Below are positions 10,379 to 20,786 of a DNA stretch of 64,000 nt, one piece after another (the stretch's first letter is position 1; each line of letters begins with the position of its first letter). Origin of the DNA: a virus; IMG/VR virus record IMGVR_UViG_3300005838_000009, positions 3,818-67,817 of that record; one strand, 5' to 3'. Under the pieces are notes generated by a model that had not been told where the DNA came from, did not search any database, and was given only the letters and a program-made list of their open reading frames with translations. A program made the position numbers and the translations under genes.

Positions 10379-11135
10379 AACCTGAATTATATAATGTTGT
10401 TATTTCTGCTGCACTAAGTACACGTGACCAAACAGATAGTTCATCTGCATCTCCATCATATGCATTGTCGTTAGCTAGGTATGCATCTCCTAGGGTTAGA
10501 TTTCCACTTGGATCATTATCTAAACCACATTGAGCCTTATTATATGTTTCAGCAGTACCAGCGTTTAGATACATTTTCAAATTTGCAGAACATAATGAAT
10601 AATCATAGGTGATAGTAAGCATATTCCAAGAACCAGATGTAAGGGTAAATGTAGTAGTTCCTGAATCAACAATGGCAGCACCACTAACACCAGGGTCATA
10701 AACTACAAATCTAACAGCACCACATGAACCTCTAAAATCAGTAGCAATTCCTTTCAATGTACTTTTTGCGTCTGATTGATCTAAGAAAACATCTTGATTA
10801 TTATGAGATGTAGGTTTCAACCATAAATTAAAACTATATTTTGCTGTAGATGATATTGGTTCATTAAATGTAGATAATGTTGAACCAAAAGTTATTTTGT
10901 CTCCTTCAACATCAAATGACATAGCATCACCTATGATTCCACATGCTCCATAAGTTGCACCTGAATTAGTACCATCTCCTGCTGTTCCTACAGAGTCTCC
11001 TGATAATGACTGATTTACAATAGTTCCACATGCCTCATTCATGGTGTAATATGCCAATAACCCTGTGGTATCCATATTTGAACAAACACCACTTGCTGGG
11101 AATTGTGTGTATGAATCTAAAATTATATTACCCAT
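10359..11135 (-). CDS. LamG/concanavalin A-like domain protein (putative adhesin), paralog A
   Basis: GLLAYYTMNE, FNLWLKP, WNMLTITYD, DELSVWSRVLSAAEITTLYN are typical LamG-like motifs. Confidence 0.85.
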   Translation of the reverse strand: MGNIILDSYTQFPASGVCSNMDTTGLLAYYTMNEACGTIVNQSLSGDSVGTAGDGTNSGATYGACGIIGDAMSFDVEGDKITFGSTLSTFNEPISSTAKYSFNLWLKPTSHNNQDVFLDQSDAKSTLKGIATDFRGSCGAVRFVVYDPGVSGAAIVDSGTTTFTLTSGSWNMLTITYDYSLCSANLKMYLNAGTAETYNKAQCGLDNDPSGNLTLGDAYLANDNAYDGDADELSVWSRVLSAAEITTLYNSGSGFSIY

Positions 11136-11899
11136 TATGTTTGGTATCCTATTATGGTTACTTTGAGTCCTGTTGCTAGATTGTTAGTGTCCCTCGTATC
11201 CAAAAAGAATTCCATTAAAGCATCGTCTGCTAAAGCTGAGTCTGATATAACTCTAGCTGTTGCTGCTGTTTCACTTGTCTTCTCTGAAGCGTCTATTGTT
11301 AATTTAGTTGAAAGTATAGTTGTACCTGATTCATGTATGTCTACTGTTACTAGAGCTGCCCCGGTGCCAACAGTTCTAACTGAGGCTCTAGCATCAGTCA
11401 CAGTAAAAGCATAAGGCATTCTAAATGTAGCTAAAGGAACTGTAGTTGAAGCACATGGTAATACTGTTGTCTCATCACTCAATGCCACAGTGAATGATTC
11501 TGTTTTAGCTGCTGTTGCTACCATAGATAATTCTACTGCATTTGCTTGTATTGTAGTGGCTCCTGAATTTACTATTGCTACATCACCTGACATAGCTACT
11601 GATGTTGCTACACAACAAGCACTACCTACTAATATATTACCATCTGTTAATGCGGCTAATTTGGAGAAATCTATAGCCGCGGAAGATTTAATACTAGCAT
11701 TAGCCAAATTAGATATACAATTACCAGCACCATCCTGATCAAATGTCTTATTAGTAAATGTAGCTGTACTAGCACTTACAAGATTGGCAAATGTCATCTT
11801 TTTAGTGGCTGCTGGACAGGTCACATCCACTATAGCCACCAGATCACAGGTTGCTGGTGTAGCCAGGGCACATAAAGCGGTTATTTTTTTGTTTACCAT
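11135..11899 (-). CDS. Virion fibre protein with shared C-terminal domain (paralog 2 of 3)
   Basis: NKKITAL N-terminus, AAIDFSKLA fibre repeat, shared C-terminal domain. Confidence 0.7.
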   Translation of the reverse strand: MVNKKITALCALATPATCDLVAIVDVTCPAATKKMTFANLVSASTATFTNKTFDQDGAGNCISNLANASIKSSAAIDFSKLAALTDGNILVGSACCVATSVAMSGDVAIVNSGATTIQANAVELSMVATAAKTESFTVALSDETTVLPCASTTVPLATFRMPYAFTVTDARASVRTVGTGAALVTVDIHESGTTILSTKLTIDASEKTSETAATARVISDSALADDALMEFFLDTRDTNNLATGLKVTIIGYQT

Positions 11900-11903
11900 A
11901 TCT

Positions 11904-14699
11904 CTACTCTGCTAATAGTTGGTCTCCATCCTCTAAAAGGATTGCGTCTCCACCTTCCTGTAGAAGCACGACTGGGTCAGGTGTATCTGTATCATATCCT
12001 GAATCTGTGAATCCTGAGCCTGTATATCCTGATGCGGTTGAGCATGTTCCATATATAGCACCTGCATTATATGAATCAACACCATATATAGCAGGTGATA
12101 CTATAGTTACGGTTATACTATCTGCTAAACATAATGTTTCTACAAATACGGTACTACATAATGTAACTGTTATTACATTAAATGAGTCACATAATGCTAA
12201 TACTTCTTCTACCTGTTCAGAACATCTTATATCCTTAATCTCTGTAAGGGCTGACTCTAAATCGTGTAGTTTTTCTACTATCTGTTTCTCATATTCTAGA
12301 TCATCAAATTTGAACTCACCTAATAACACACTTGTTTTCATTTCAGGGTAACTCCATTCTAATGATTTTACTACAAATGAATCATCAACACATTTAATAC
12401 TATTCACAACTCTAACAACATCACCTTCATTTAATGAGTTTTTCATAACACCTAGTTCAACTTTAAGTGATGTACGTATCTCTTTAAACCTGTTCAAATA
12501 TCCGTTGATAAATCTAATACCATCATTACGTGTCCTAATCCATGGCATAACTAATCTCTTACTATGTCTACCATTAGAGTCTATACTTGATTGTTTTTCT
12601 CCTCTTATAAGTAAAGGTAATTCATACTGATATATCATTTGTATTGCAGCAGCACATGCAGGGGCACATGTAAATGTAAGAGTCTTATTTAAAATACATA
12701 CACAATAATCCTCCTCGGGTGTCTGTTCAGAACATGCAACTAATACCCTACTTGTTAATGGTCCATGATTGAGTTGAAATATTGTTGTACATCCATCACC
12801 AGTAAAACATTGAATTGTATCATATTTTTTATTCTCACCTATAACAACAAGGTCATTAACTATTTCTGTATCATCCTCAACACATTCAAAATTTCTAGCA
12901 CATGTACCATGAGTGAATATAAAACACGTTGTATTAAATGCACTCTCATGTAAATGGAATTGTTTTAGAGCATCAGTGTTAAATGTCTTACCAATAAGCT
13001 GTGTTAAATCTCGTACTATATCTATCAGTTTACCATCTGCATTAAATATTGTTAATAATATACCACTAGCAGTACCATGTATATGTGGTTCTAAACACGT
13101 ATTATTTCTTATCAAGTCCTCTATTATGAATTCTGGTGATCTACAATTATACTCTTGTGCTCTTACTTCTGTAGCTCCTAACTCTGTACCATATGATTGT
13201 GCTACTACTTCTTTTTTATATATCTGTTTATTGATCTTAGTAATGTTTCCCCCGAACTTCATTATCGATGTGGCAGTAACACAAGAATACAATCTAGTTG
13301 CCATGGTAGATGATAGTGATTTATTGTATATTCTTATAGTATTAATATCACCACAAAAATATGATGTCTTATTGTGATTTGTACCTATCATCAATGCAGG
13401 ACTAGTTAGTGTAAGATTTGATGAAACTGTAGCACAATTCTTTTCTACATTATCAACCTCTAAATGAACTATATTATCTGTCCCTCTATACACTCTTATG
13501 AAATGCCATGCAAAATCATTGTAAGATGTACCACATGTCTTTATTAAACTACCATCTATTTCTGCTACTATATCCCCAGCTGCTAATCTATTTACTGATA
13601 GAGCCCAACCGTTACCTGATAATGTACGTCTTGCATACATATATTCTGTGCATGTACTTTGCCATCTAGCCCATATAGATATATCAAAGTTACCTGTAAA
13701 ATCAAAGTCAGTATCATATGGTATTTCTTGGAATGAATCAACACCATTAAACCTAACTGCTTTACCAGTTCTACCACATATCTCTTCAAGTAAACCAACA
13801 TTATATACAGCCCGTATTTGTTCAGCAGTTAATGATAATGAAACCCATATACATCCATCATCTAAAACACCTACATATTTTGATGAGCCATCAGCATATG
13901 CACCATATGTCACAACTGAGGCATTTAATGTACAACCTGTTAAATTATTAGTCACAACACCTTTTGTATCAGCAACACCATTAACATAAATAGAAACTGC
14001 AGAACCACCACATCCTGGTATTCCATTATACTCTACTGCTATATGTGTGTATACATTACAATTAACAGCTGAATCTCCTCTTATATGTAACTCATTAGTT
14101 GTTGCTGTATTAGTTAATCTGAAATTAGTTCTACCACATGCGTCTAGATATACCTCCCATCCCTTACCAGTAGAAGCAGAAGCTTTCTTTGATACTATAG
14201 GTACACATACATCCGATGTTTTAATCCATGCTGATGTTGTCCAAGGAGTTGTCTGATCAAAATCAAATGTAGATTCACATGAATATGCTACATAATTAGT
14301 ACCATCAAAACACACAGCTTTTGTACCTACCTTACCTGTGGCACATGTACTACAACTTGTATCAGTAACAGTTAACTCTCTATATCCAAAATTGTTTGGG
14401 ATAGAACAAGTACAACACCATAATAATTGACTATCAACACGGGGCCTACTTATAGCACCATAAGCATTATTACATAATCCAGACTCATCTTTCACAGTTC
14501 CCTGCATCATATAAGCACCAACCATACAATCAAGATCAACAGCATCTTGAATTATCTTTATATCATCACTAACACATGCTGCAGCACATATGGTAAGTGT
14601 AACTTCTGATTGATCAATAGCTCTCTCTCCTTCTCTAATTACATTTGATGATAATAATTTTCTATCATTATTATTAACTAATACTTTTACACGGGCCAC
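11904..14699 (-). CDS. Large tail-tip/baseplate hub protein with two LamG domains
   Basis: 931 aa downstream of the tape measure; two LamG-like segments (SAWIKT...THIAV; SIWARW...WHFIRV) and a hub-like C-terminus. Confidence 0.7.
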   Translation of the reverse strand: MARVKVLVNNNDRKLLSSNVIREGERAIDQSEVTLTICAAACVSDDIKIIQDAVDLDCMVGAYMMQGTVKDESGLCNNAYGAISRPRVDSQLLWCCTCSIPNNFGYRELTVTDTSCSTCATGKVGTKAVCFDGTNYVAYSCESTFDFDQTTPWTTSAWIKTSDVCVPIVSKKASASTGKGWEVYLDACGRTNFRLTNTATTNELHIRGDSAVNCNVYTHIAVEYNGIPGCGGSAVSIYVNGVADTKGVVTNNLTGCTLNASVVTYGAYADGSSKYVGVLDDGCIWVSLSLTAEQIRAVYNVGLLEEICGRTGKAVRFNGVDSFQEIPYDTDFDFTGNFDISIWARWQSTCTEYMYARRTLSGNGWALSVNRLAAGDIVAEIDGSLIKTCGTSYNDFAWHFIRVYRGTDNIVHLEVDNVEKNCATVSSNLTLTSPALMIGTNHNKTSYFCGDINTIRIYNKSLSSTMATRLYSCVTATSIMKFGGNITKINKQIYKKEVVAQSYGTELGATEVRAQEYNCRSPEFIIEDLIRNNTCLEPHIHGTASGILLTIFNADGKLIDIVRDLTQLIGKTFNTDALKQFHLHESAFNTTCFIFTHGTCARNFECVEDDTEIVNDLVVIGENKKYDTIQCFTGDGCTTIFQLNHGPLTSRVLVACSEQTPEEDYCVCILNKTLTFTCAPACAAAIQMIYQYELPLLIRGEKQSSIDSNGRHSKRLVMPWIRTRNDGIRFINGYLNRFKEIRTSLKVELGVMKNSLNEGDVVRVVNSIKCVDDSFVVKSLEWSYPEMKTSVLLGEFKFDDLEYEKQIVEKLHDLESALTEIKDIRCSEQVEEVLALCDSFNVITVTLCSTVFVETLCLADSITVTIVSPAIYGVDSYNAGAIYGTCSTASGYTGSGFTDSGYDTDTPDPVVLLQEGGDAILLEDGDQLLAE

Positions 14700-15292
14700 T
14701 AAGATTCACCAGCTACAACGTTACCAGCTATAAATTCTAATCTAGCATTATATGTTATAGGAGTGGAAGCTGACTTACTCAGCGATAACTTCCGAACCGC
14801 CCCAAACCTAGTTATTCCATCTATAGATATAGTATATGCATCTTCAATACTGTTAGTTTGTAATGTATTTATAAAGAAATCTATTTGTTGTTGAACTGTC
14901 TCTACTGTTTGTGCAGGACATGAAGTTACTATTGTACCTGTACCACAACAATCAACCTTTTCACACACAACAGTCCATGCTACTGATACTACCAATCTAT
15001 TTCCCTCTGCCTTAACTAGTATATTACATGTGTCTCTAAGTTCTGGTATAGGAAAATCTCCTACAGGTGAGCATAATTCAAAATCTATTGATTCAAAATT
15101 TCTTATAGCAAATGAGTCACAATCATCAAACAAGAATATTTGTTTCCATGTATATAGATTAGTTGGACATGCTGGTGGTGTACATGCCCCACTAGTTGAA
15201 TTACCTGATGGGAAGTGCATATACTGTAGTATGGAATCACCAGAACCACATGAGTTATCACCTGATTTTTTTGTAATTACTATATCACTCAT
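14699..15292 (-). CDS. Distal tail-like protein
   Basis: Position between tape measure and hub; beta-rich. Confidence 0.5.
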   Translation of the reverse strand: MSDIVITKKSGDNSCGSGDSILQYMHFPSGNSTSGACTPPACPTNLYTWKQIFLFDDCDSFAIRNFESIDFELCSPVGDFPIPELRDTCNILVKAEGNRLVVSVAWTVVCEKVDCCGTGTIVTSCPAQTVETVQQQIDFFINTLQTNSIEDAYTISIDGITRFGAVRKLSLSKSASTPITYNARLEFIAGNVVAGES

Positions 15293-17601
15293 ACTATACC
15301 AACCCTACTTGTAGATTCTTTAAGAAGTCTTAATACTGTAGTCTTTAATTGATTAAGGTCATTTATACCGTTAGCGTTGATAGTTATATTGAATGTGTTA
15401 GATCCACCTGTTCCAGTACCTGGTGTGATTGTTTCTGGACCTGCTTCACCCATAAGGTATCCTTTACCTGATCTTTGACCCATACCAAATATAGGTTCAT
15501 TAATTATACCACCCTTTGCTAGTTTTTTTACACTAATACCAGCTTGTTTCTTATAATTACCAACAGCTGCTAAAGACAAAAACATCTCTTTGGTTGCACC
15601 ATTAGCAAATTCAACTCTATATTTATTAGGAGCAGATACTGTGCTTGATTGTCCTAACTCATCTAAAACACCTGTTGCTTGGTTTTTATATATTCGTTTA
15701 CCACTAGATGGTGATGTAAATACCCTCATTTTATTTAATGCACCTAATATTTTATCATGTGCTGCCGCCAGTCCTGTTGATAATTGAACAGCATCTGATG
15801 CCATCATTTCATAATTACCTTTAATATCTTTATGGAATGTTAATACCATACTACTCTCATTTGCAGTTTCAGTTACAGCTGCTAATTGGTTAGCTGCTTC
15901 TACAGTCATATTCTCATAAACCTCACTAACCTCTTCACCTGTTTTTCCTGCTTGTTTGAATGCCTTTCCCATAAGCTCCATTTGTTCTCTACTGTTAACA
16001 GATCCTTTACCTAAATCAAATCCACCACCACCAGTACTATCTTGTGGTCCAGTACCTGACCCTGGTGCACCTTTTTTATAATTTTTGAATTTTGCAAGTA
16101 TTCTTTCTGCAGCATCAGATAATATAACAACTGTTTTTTTCATTTGTGATGGGTCTAACTCTTCGTCCTCATTACGTCCACCACCTGCTGCGTATTCACA
16201 GAAAGGGTCTTCATATAATCCACCAGGACCAAATATTTTATTATTCTTTGAACCAATTAAACCCATTTGTTCTTTTATAGCTTCTTCTCTAATAACTTCA
16301 TTTTTCTTTTTCATCATATCATCATATATTTTTCTACCTTTTGCTATAGCTTCTTCTTTACTAGTTACATCTTTATAACCATACATTGCCTCATTTTTAT
16401 GTTCCTCATATTCTTTAGAACCTACTAAGAATTGTCCTTGTTGTTCAAGTATAGATTCTAATACTTCCTTTGTTTGATCTCTTTGTGTCTTTGCTGTCTC
16501 TTGTGTTGTTGATAATTCTTCTCTTAGTTTATCTATAGGATCTTTTATTTTATTTTCTGCCCCCTCCTGGAATGATGAATTTGTTAGTGAATCTACCTCT
16601 ATTTTATCAAGACCAAATGCACCCAATAATGGATTTAATAATATACCTAATGCACCTATAATAGGTCCGAATATAAAACCAGCACCCATTTTAAAAGCTT
16701 CAACTACACCACCAACAATAGTACCTATAGGATCTGCAAAGAAATTAACTATAGCATCACCAAATTTAGTACCCCACTCCTTAGCTATTCTAGATCCATG
16801 TCTATATGCTGGTATTGCTATCTCTTTAACAAATTTAATAAGCATAGGTCTTAACATGAATCCTATAAAGTCACCAATAGGTCTTAAGATCAACATAATA
16901 CCCATGTTTAGTAATTTCAACATTGCTTTTAATACAGGGGAGGAATCTATAATCATCTTACCAAGACCTGCAGCACCTGATAGACCTGCAGCTATACCAG
17001 CTATTTTAACTGGAGTACCAAGTCTACTTGGTGCACTTGTTTTAACATTTGATCCTTGTGGTTGGAATTCGTTAGCTGCTGATGAACCACCAAGTTTACC
17101 AGGACCTAAATATTTACTAGCATCTTTAGTCTTACCAAAATTTAATCTATCAGACATAAACATATCAAATACAGTTCCTGCTGCACCTCCTACTCTTCCA
17201 CCCATCAACATACCCACATTTCTACCTGCACTACCACCTCCAGATCCTGCTCCTTTTCTTACTATTGCATTCATATATGATAATCTCTTCTGTTCTGTTT
17301 GGTTTGTTCTCTTCAAACTCTCTTGATATATTATATGGGCATTTGCTATATCTTTAGTTAATCTTTTTTCTTTTTCTTTTAATTGGATTATTTTAGTATG
17401 ACCTTTTACATCTACAGCATGCTTCATTATAACATTTACTTCTTTAGATATTTTCTTGATTTTCTCCATATCTTGGGTAGCTTTTTCACCTGCACCTTTA
17501 CCACCAAATACACCAGACATACCACCTTTCTTTAGGGCACCTTGTATTTTCTTAGCTAACTCGGCTTCATCTATGTCTAATCTTAGCTTATAATTTGCCA
17601 T
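15289..17601 (-). CDS. Tail tape measure protein
   Basis: 770 aa, helical Gly/Ala-rich with hydrophobic stretches; C-terminal LAKGGII...GEAGPETI; follows the tail chaperone. Confidence 0.85.
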   Translation of the reverse strand: MANYKLRLDIDEAELAKKIQGALKKGGMSGVFGGKGAGEKATQDMEKIKKISKEVNVIMKHAVDVKGHTKIIQLKEKEKRLTKDIANAHIIYQESLKRTNQTEQKRLSYMNAIVRKGAGSGGGSAGRNVGMLMGGRVGGAAGTVFDMFMSDRLNFGKTKDASKYLGPGKLGGSSAANEFQPQGSNVKTSAPSRLGTPVKIAGIAAGLSGAAGLGKMIIDSSPVLKAMLKLLNMGIMLILRPIGDFIGFMLRPMLIKFVKEIAIPAYRHGSRIAKEWGTKFGDAIVNFFADPIGTIVGGVVEAFKMGAGFIFGPIIGALGILLNPLLGAFGLDKIEVDSLTNSSFQEGAENKIKDPIDKLREELSTTQETAKTQRDQTKEVLESILEQQGQFLVGSKEYEEHKNEAMYGYKDVTSKEEAIAKGRKIYDDMMKKKNEVIREEAIKEQMGLIGSKNNKIFGPGGLYEDPFCEYAAGGGRNEDEELDPSQMKKTVVILSDAAERILAKFKNYKKGAPGSGTGPQDSTGGGGFDLGKGSVNSREQMELMGKAFKQAGKTGEEVSEVYENMTVEAANQLAAVTETANESSMVLTFHKDIKGNYEMMASDAVQLSTGLAAAHDKILGALNKMRVFTSPSSGKRIYKNQATGVLDELGQSSTVSAPNKYRVEFANGATKEMFLSLAAVGNYKKQAGISVKKLAKGGIINEPIFGMGQRSGKGYLMGEAGPETITPGTGTGGSNTFNITINANGINDLNQLKTTVLRLLKESTSRVGIV

Positions 17602-17632
17602 ACATTTATAATGCTATTTATAGATTTAAAGA

Positions 17633-18111
17633 TTACTTGAACTGTACAGCATCTTTCATATGCTCATTAACGAAGGCTATTAATTTCTTTAAGAAGAAGG
17701 CTTTGTGTTCGTCTGTTTCGGCTTTTGTCCATCCGAATTTGACTGCACAGAAGGCGTAGGTTCCGATGGTGATTCGTTCACCACCTCTGAGCCCATGAAG
17801 CTCGTCATCCAATCCCCTAAAAAATTGACTAGAGGATAGTCTTGCATGATATGATCTAGAATATTATTAACTAATTTATTAGGTAACGCTTTAACAAATT
17901 GATCTGATTTGAATTGAAATGGTGCCTTTCTTAGTGTTTTCATAAGTATGTTTATACGAAATGGTCCTATTTTTACTTTAGGTTTTTGAATATCTGTTAA
18001 GTCTATTGCTGTGTTGATGATAGCTTCTGTCTCCCCGAAAGATAATTCAGTCTCATATTCTATTGTTTCTTTATTACCTTTATAACATACTTCAAATGAC
18101 TTTATAACCAT
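17633..18111 (-). CDS. -1 frameshift-extended tail assembly chaperone (gpGT-like, ~159 aa)
   Basis: T TTT TTA at 17824-17818; the -1 frame is open to a TAA at 17635-17633 and encodes ...YAFCAVKFGWTKAETDEH... Confidence 0.75.
17689..18111 (-). CDS. Tail assembly chaperone (gpG-like)
   Basis: Between tail tube and tape measure; contains a slippery heptamer. Confidence 0.75.
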   Translation of the reverse strand: MVIKSFEVCYKGNKETIEYETELSFGETEAIINTAIDLTDIQKPKVKIGPFRINILMKTLRKAPFQFKSDQFVKALPNKLVNNILDHIMQDYPLVNFLGDWMTSFMGSEVVNESPSEPTPSVQSNSDGQKPKQTNTKPSS

Positions 18112-18143
18112 GTATGTAATATGTGTATTAGATATATAAAGGT

Positions 18144-19175
18144 TTAGGAAGCCGCTGGCGCAGTAGCCACAGAGTTATTAGCTGTCACTACACAGTCTCT
18201 AGCTTGCCAATTAATTTCTTCGAATATTGGTTCGTTTGGTTCAATACTTAGATTATGATCTGCTATTGATATACCTGTGAATGCAAATGTGATAGTTCTC
18301 TCTGCTGTGGTTGGTAAATCGTTAGTGAATGTTAGTTTTAGTGTTGCTGCACATACATCTAATGTTTCTCCACAAGGTGAGTTACATAGAGTATCATTCT
18401 GTTGTGCATATAATTTTCGTAATTGCACTGTATCAGTATAACTTGCTTTAAATTTACCAGTAATCTCAAATAATCTCTTGAATGAGTTAACTGCAACTGA
18501 GCTACCAATACCCCAAAGATGATCTGAGTTTTGTGAGATTGTAAAGTCTACATCTTGTACCTCTGATATTATTGTAGGTGGACAGCTAGGGAACTCTAAT
18601 GTTCCATGAGCGAAAGTAAATGGTATTGCTTCACATACACTTAAAGGTGCTAAACATGCATCTAATGTTGCTGTTTCTGCTTCATTAGCATAATTGGCAT
18701 CTAGAGATACCTTTACAGTTTCTCCCACTGCGGTTGTTACGGTAGCACTATTAACGATACCTCCAGTTAAAGTTCTAACAATATCTGTACCACCTGCACA
18801 TTGACCTATTTGAGTAGTAAATGATTGTACTAATTTTGCTTCTGAATCCATTGCACACATATCCCATGTATGAGTAAAGTCACATGCAGCACCTGTAACA
18901 TCTCCATTTCTGAATCCTACTAATTCAAGGAAGAATGGTGAAGATAATACAAAGTCTAATGAAATACTACCTCTGGTTTGACCATAGGCGTAAGTCTTAA
19001 CTCTTACATCGTTTAATTGTGATAATGGAATTTTGTTATTGGTGAATGACCATGATGTAATCTTTTGTTCAAATCCAAATTGTGTAGCTGCTGAACCTGC
19101 TATATTAGCTGCGGCTGTGTTGAATGTAGATTCAGGTGCCCATTGAAGATATACAAAGGAGCCGGTAAATGCCAT
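18144..19175 (-). CDS. Tail tube (major tail) protein
   Basis: WAPESTFNT N-terminus, beta-rich, position before chaperone and tape measure. Confidence 0.8.
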   Translation of the reverse strand: MAFTGSFVYLQWAPESTFNTAAANIAGSAATQFGFEQKITSWSFTNNKIPLSQLNDVRVKTYAYGQTRGSISLDFVLSSPFFLELVGFRNGDVTGAACDFTHTWDMCAMDSEAKLVQSFTTQIGQCAGGTDIVRTLTGGIVNSATVTTAVGETVKVSLDANYANEAETATLDACLAPLSVCEAIPFTFAHGTLEFPSCPPTIISEVQDVDFTISQNSDHLWGIGSSVAVNSFKRLFEITGKFKASYTDTVQLRKLYAQQNDTLCNSPCGETLDVCAATLKLTFTNDLPTTAERTITFAFTGISIADHNLSIEPNEPIFEEINWQARDCVVTANNSVATAPAAS

Positions 19176-19209
19176 ACCTACATTATGACTAGATTATATA
19201 TAAAGATAG

Positions 19210-19656
19210 TTATACGAAAGTGTGATCTTTTACGCCTTGATATCTTACTTCTATTATATGTCTAAACATGTTCCTATAGTCCTGGTTTCTGGTCTCACCC
19301 TTTAAAATAACTATTTGTAGTATATCTCCACTATTACGTCTTATTATATTCTTGATGATTCTATCTACTTCTTTTACTACTACATTTTGTCTAGTGATGC
19401 CTCCTGACTGATATGTCCTAATATCCACCTTTATTACCACATCATGCCAGTACGTATCTCCGTGTAGGGCAAACGGTGTTACAGGTTCACCCATAGGTGT
19501 TAGTATAATCCTCTCTGTAACATCTCCATCAAATCCTACCACTTTCTTATCCCATACTAAATCAGTAGTAGGTGCAGCTCCTGCACATGATGCACCTGCG
19601 TCCCAGTCACAAGTAAGTGCTGTCTTAAGATCGCATATAGCATCATATGTGATCAT
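19210..19656 (-). CDS. Tail terminator-like protein
   Basis: Size and position directly upstream of the tail tube gene. Confidence 0.55.
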   Translation of the reverse strand: MITYDAICDLKTALTCDWDAGASCAGAAPTTDLVWDKKVVGFDGDVTERIILTPMGEPVTPFALHGDTYWHDVVIKVDIRTYQSGGITRQNVVVKEVDRIIKNIIRRNSGDILQIVILKGETRNQDYRNMFRHIIEVRYQGVKDHTFV

Positions 19657-20096
19657 TCTCTACCACTCCCATTAGCACCTGCAGTTGATGTATAATCTAA
19701 TAGAACCTCATCTACCCAGAATGATGATTCAATACCTTCATTTTTAATCTTATTAGCTACAAACCATGCAATATTATAAACCTCTCTATCAGGGGCATTT
19801 ACATATGCACCTCTTTGATAATCAGTTCTTACCCAAAGTTTAATCTTATCTAATGATGGGAATTTACTCCAATTCCAATCTTGTCCTGTATCAGATGCGG
19901 CAACACCCCACTCCTCACTACCAAGTACCTTGTTTGTCTCATCAAATATTATACTATCTGACATTTTACCATCACCATAATATGATTTAAGTCCGTTAAA
20001 TTCATCTCTAAATTCAGCTTCTAGTTGTTGACCTACATCTCTTAGAAAGTCTTTTTGTAGTTTCTTTAGGCTTTTTTGGTTAACTTTAAAGATCAA
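19653..20096 (-). CDS. Neck/tail-completion protein (HK97 gp10-like)
   Basis: IKLWVR...IAWFVANKIKNEGI motif typical of neck proteins; position. Confidence 0.55.
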   Translation of the reverse strand: MIFKVNQKSLKKLQKDFLRDVGQQLEAEFRDEFNGLKSYYGDGKMSDSIIFDETNKVLGSEEWGVAASDTGQDWNWSKFPSLDKIKLWVRTDYQRGAYVNAPDREVYNIAWFVANKIKNEGIESSFWVDEVLLDYTSTAGANGSGRE

Positions 20097-20728
20097 GGTA
20101 ATACATACACCTCTTCTCTGTCACGAATGATCTTATCTACTTCATCTTTCCATTCAGACATAGCTTGTTCTTTCTTAATAGCTCCACCGAATTCAAGATC
20201 ATCCATTTTGATTGAGGATCTTATCAAATCTATACATGTTAGTTTAAGTACTGCATCTTCTATATCATCTGGTACTGTGGTATCTCCATATCTATATGTT
20301 ACTCTTACTCTATTTCTTCTTAAGATTGAGAATATAAAGCCCCTCAAATATACTTCACCTTTAATATATTCAATATCATATGAGTTGTTATCACCTACAT
20401 AACATGACCAATTACCATTTGATCCATTCCATATCTCTAATTTATCTCCTGCACAAGCACAGAATTTAGTGTCATTACATGCATCAAATTTAACATTTCT
20501 ATGTTTAAGTGATATGAATGTACCCCATCCAAATGTGTATAATAATGGTAAATCGTATATCTCTTTAACTGTTTTAGTCCTCCAGGCATGTCCAGTTCTA
20601 CGGTCAACCTTATCCTCTGCTCTTTTGATTAATTTCTCGACCTGGGCAATAGAAGGACTAGTACACGCACTAATAGTAATCCTGAGAAAATCAGCTACAT
20701 CACAGGTACTAATATAACAGGTGGCCAT
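20093..20728 (-). CDS. Head-tail adaptor protein
   Basis: YIST.DV..FL N-terminus, AEDKVDRRTG, VRVTYRYG...VPDDIEDA. Confidence 0.75.
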   Translation of the reverse strand: MATCYISTCDVADFLRITISACTSPSIAQVEKLIKRAEDKVDRRTGHAWRTKTVKEIYDLPLLYTFGWGTFISLKHRNVKFDACNDTKFCACAGDKLEIWNGSNGNWSCYVGDNNSYDIEYIKGEVYLRGFIFSILRRNRVRVTYRYGDTTVPDDIEDAVLKLTCIDLIRSSIKMDDLEFGGAIKKEQAMSEWKDEVDKIIRDREEVYVLP

Positions 20729-20743
20729 ACTATATAAATGAGC

Positions 20744-20786
20744 TAATCAGATTTAAAGATTTACTATCAATAAATCGAAAATCCTG
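20744..20786. repeat. 43-bp exact repeat, copy 2
   Basis: Identical to 10336-10378. Confidence 0.9.
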
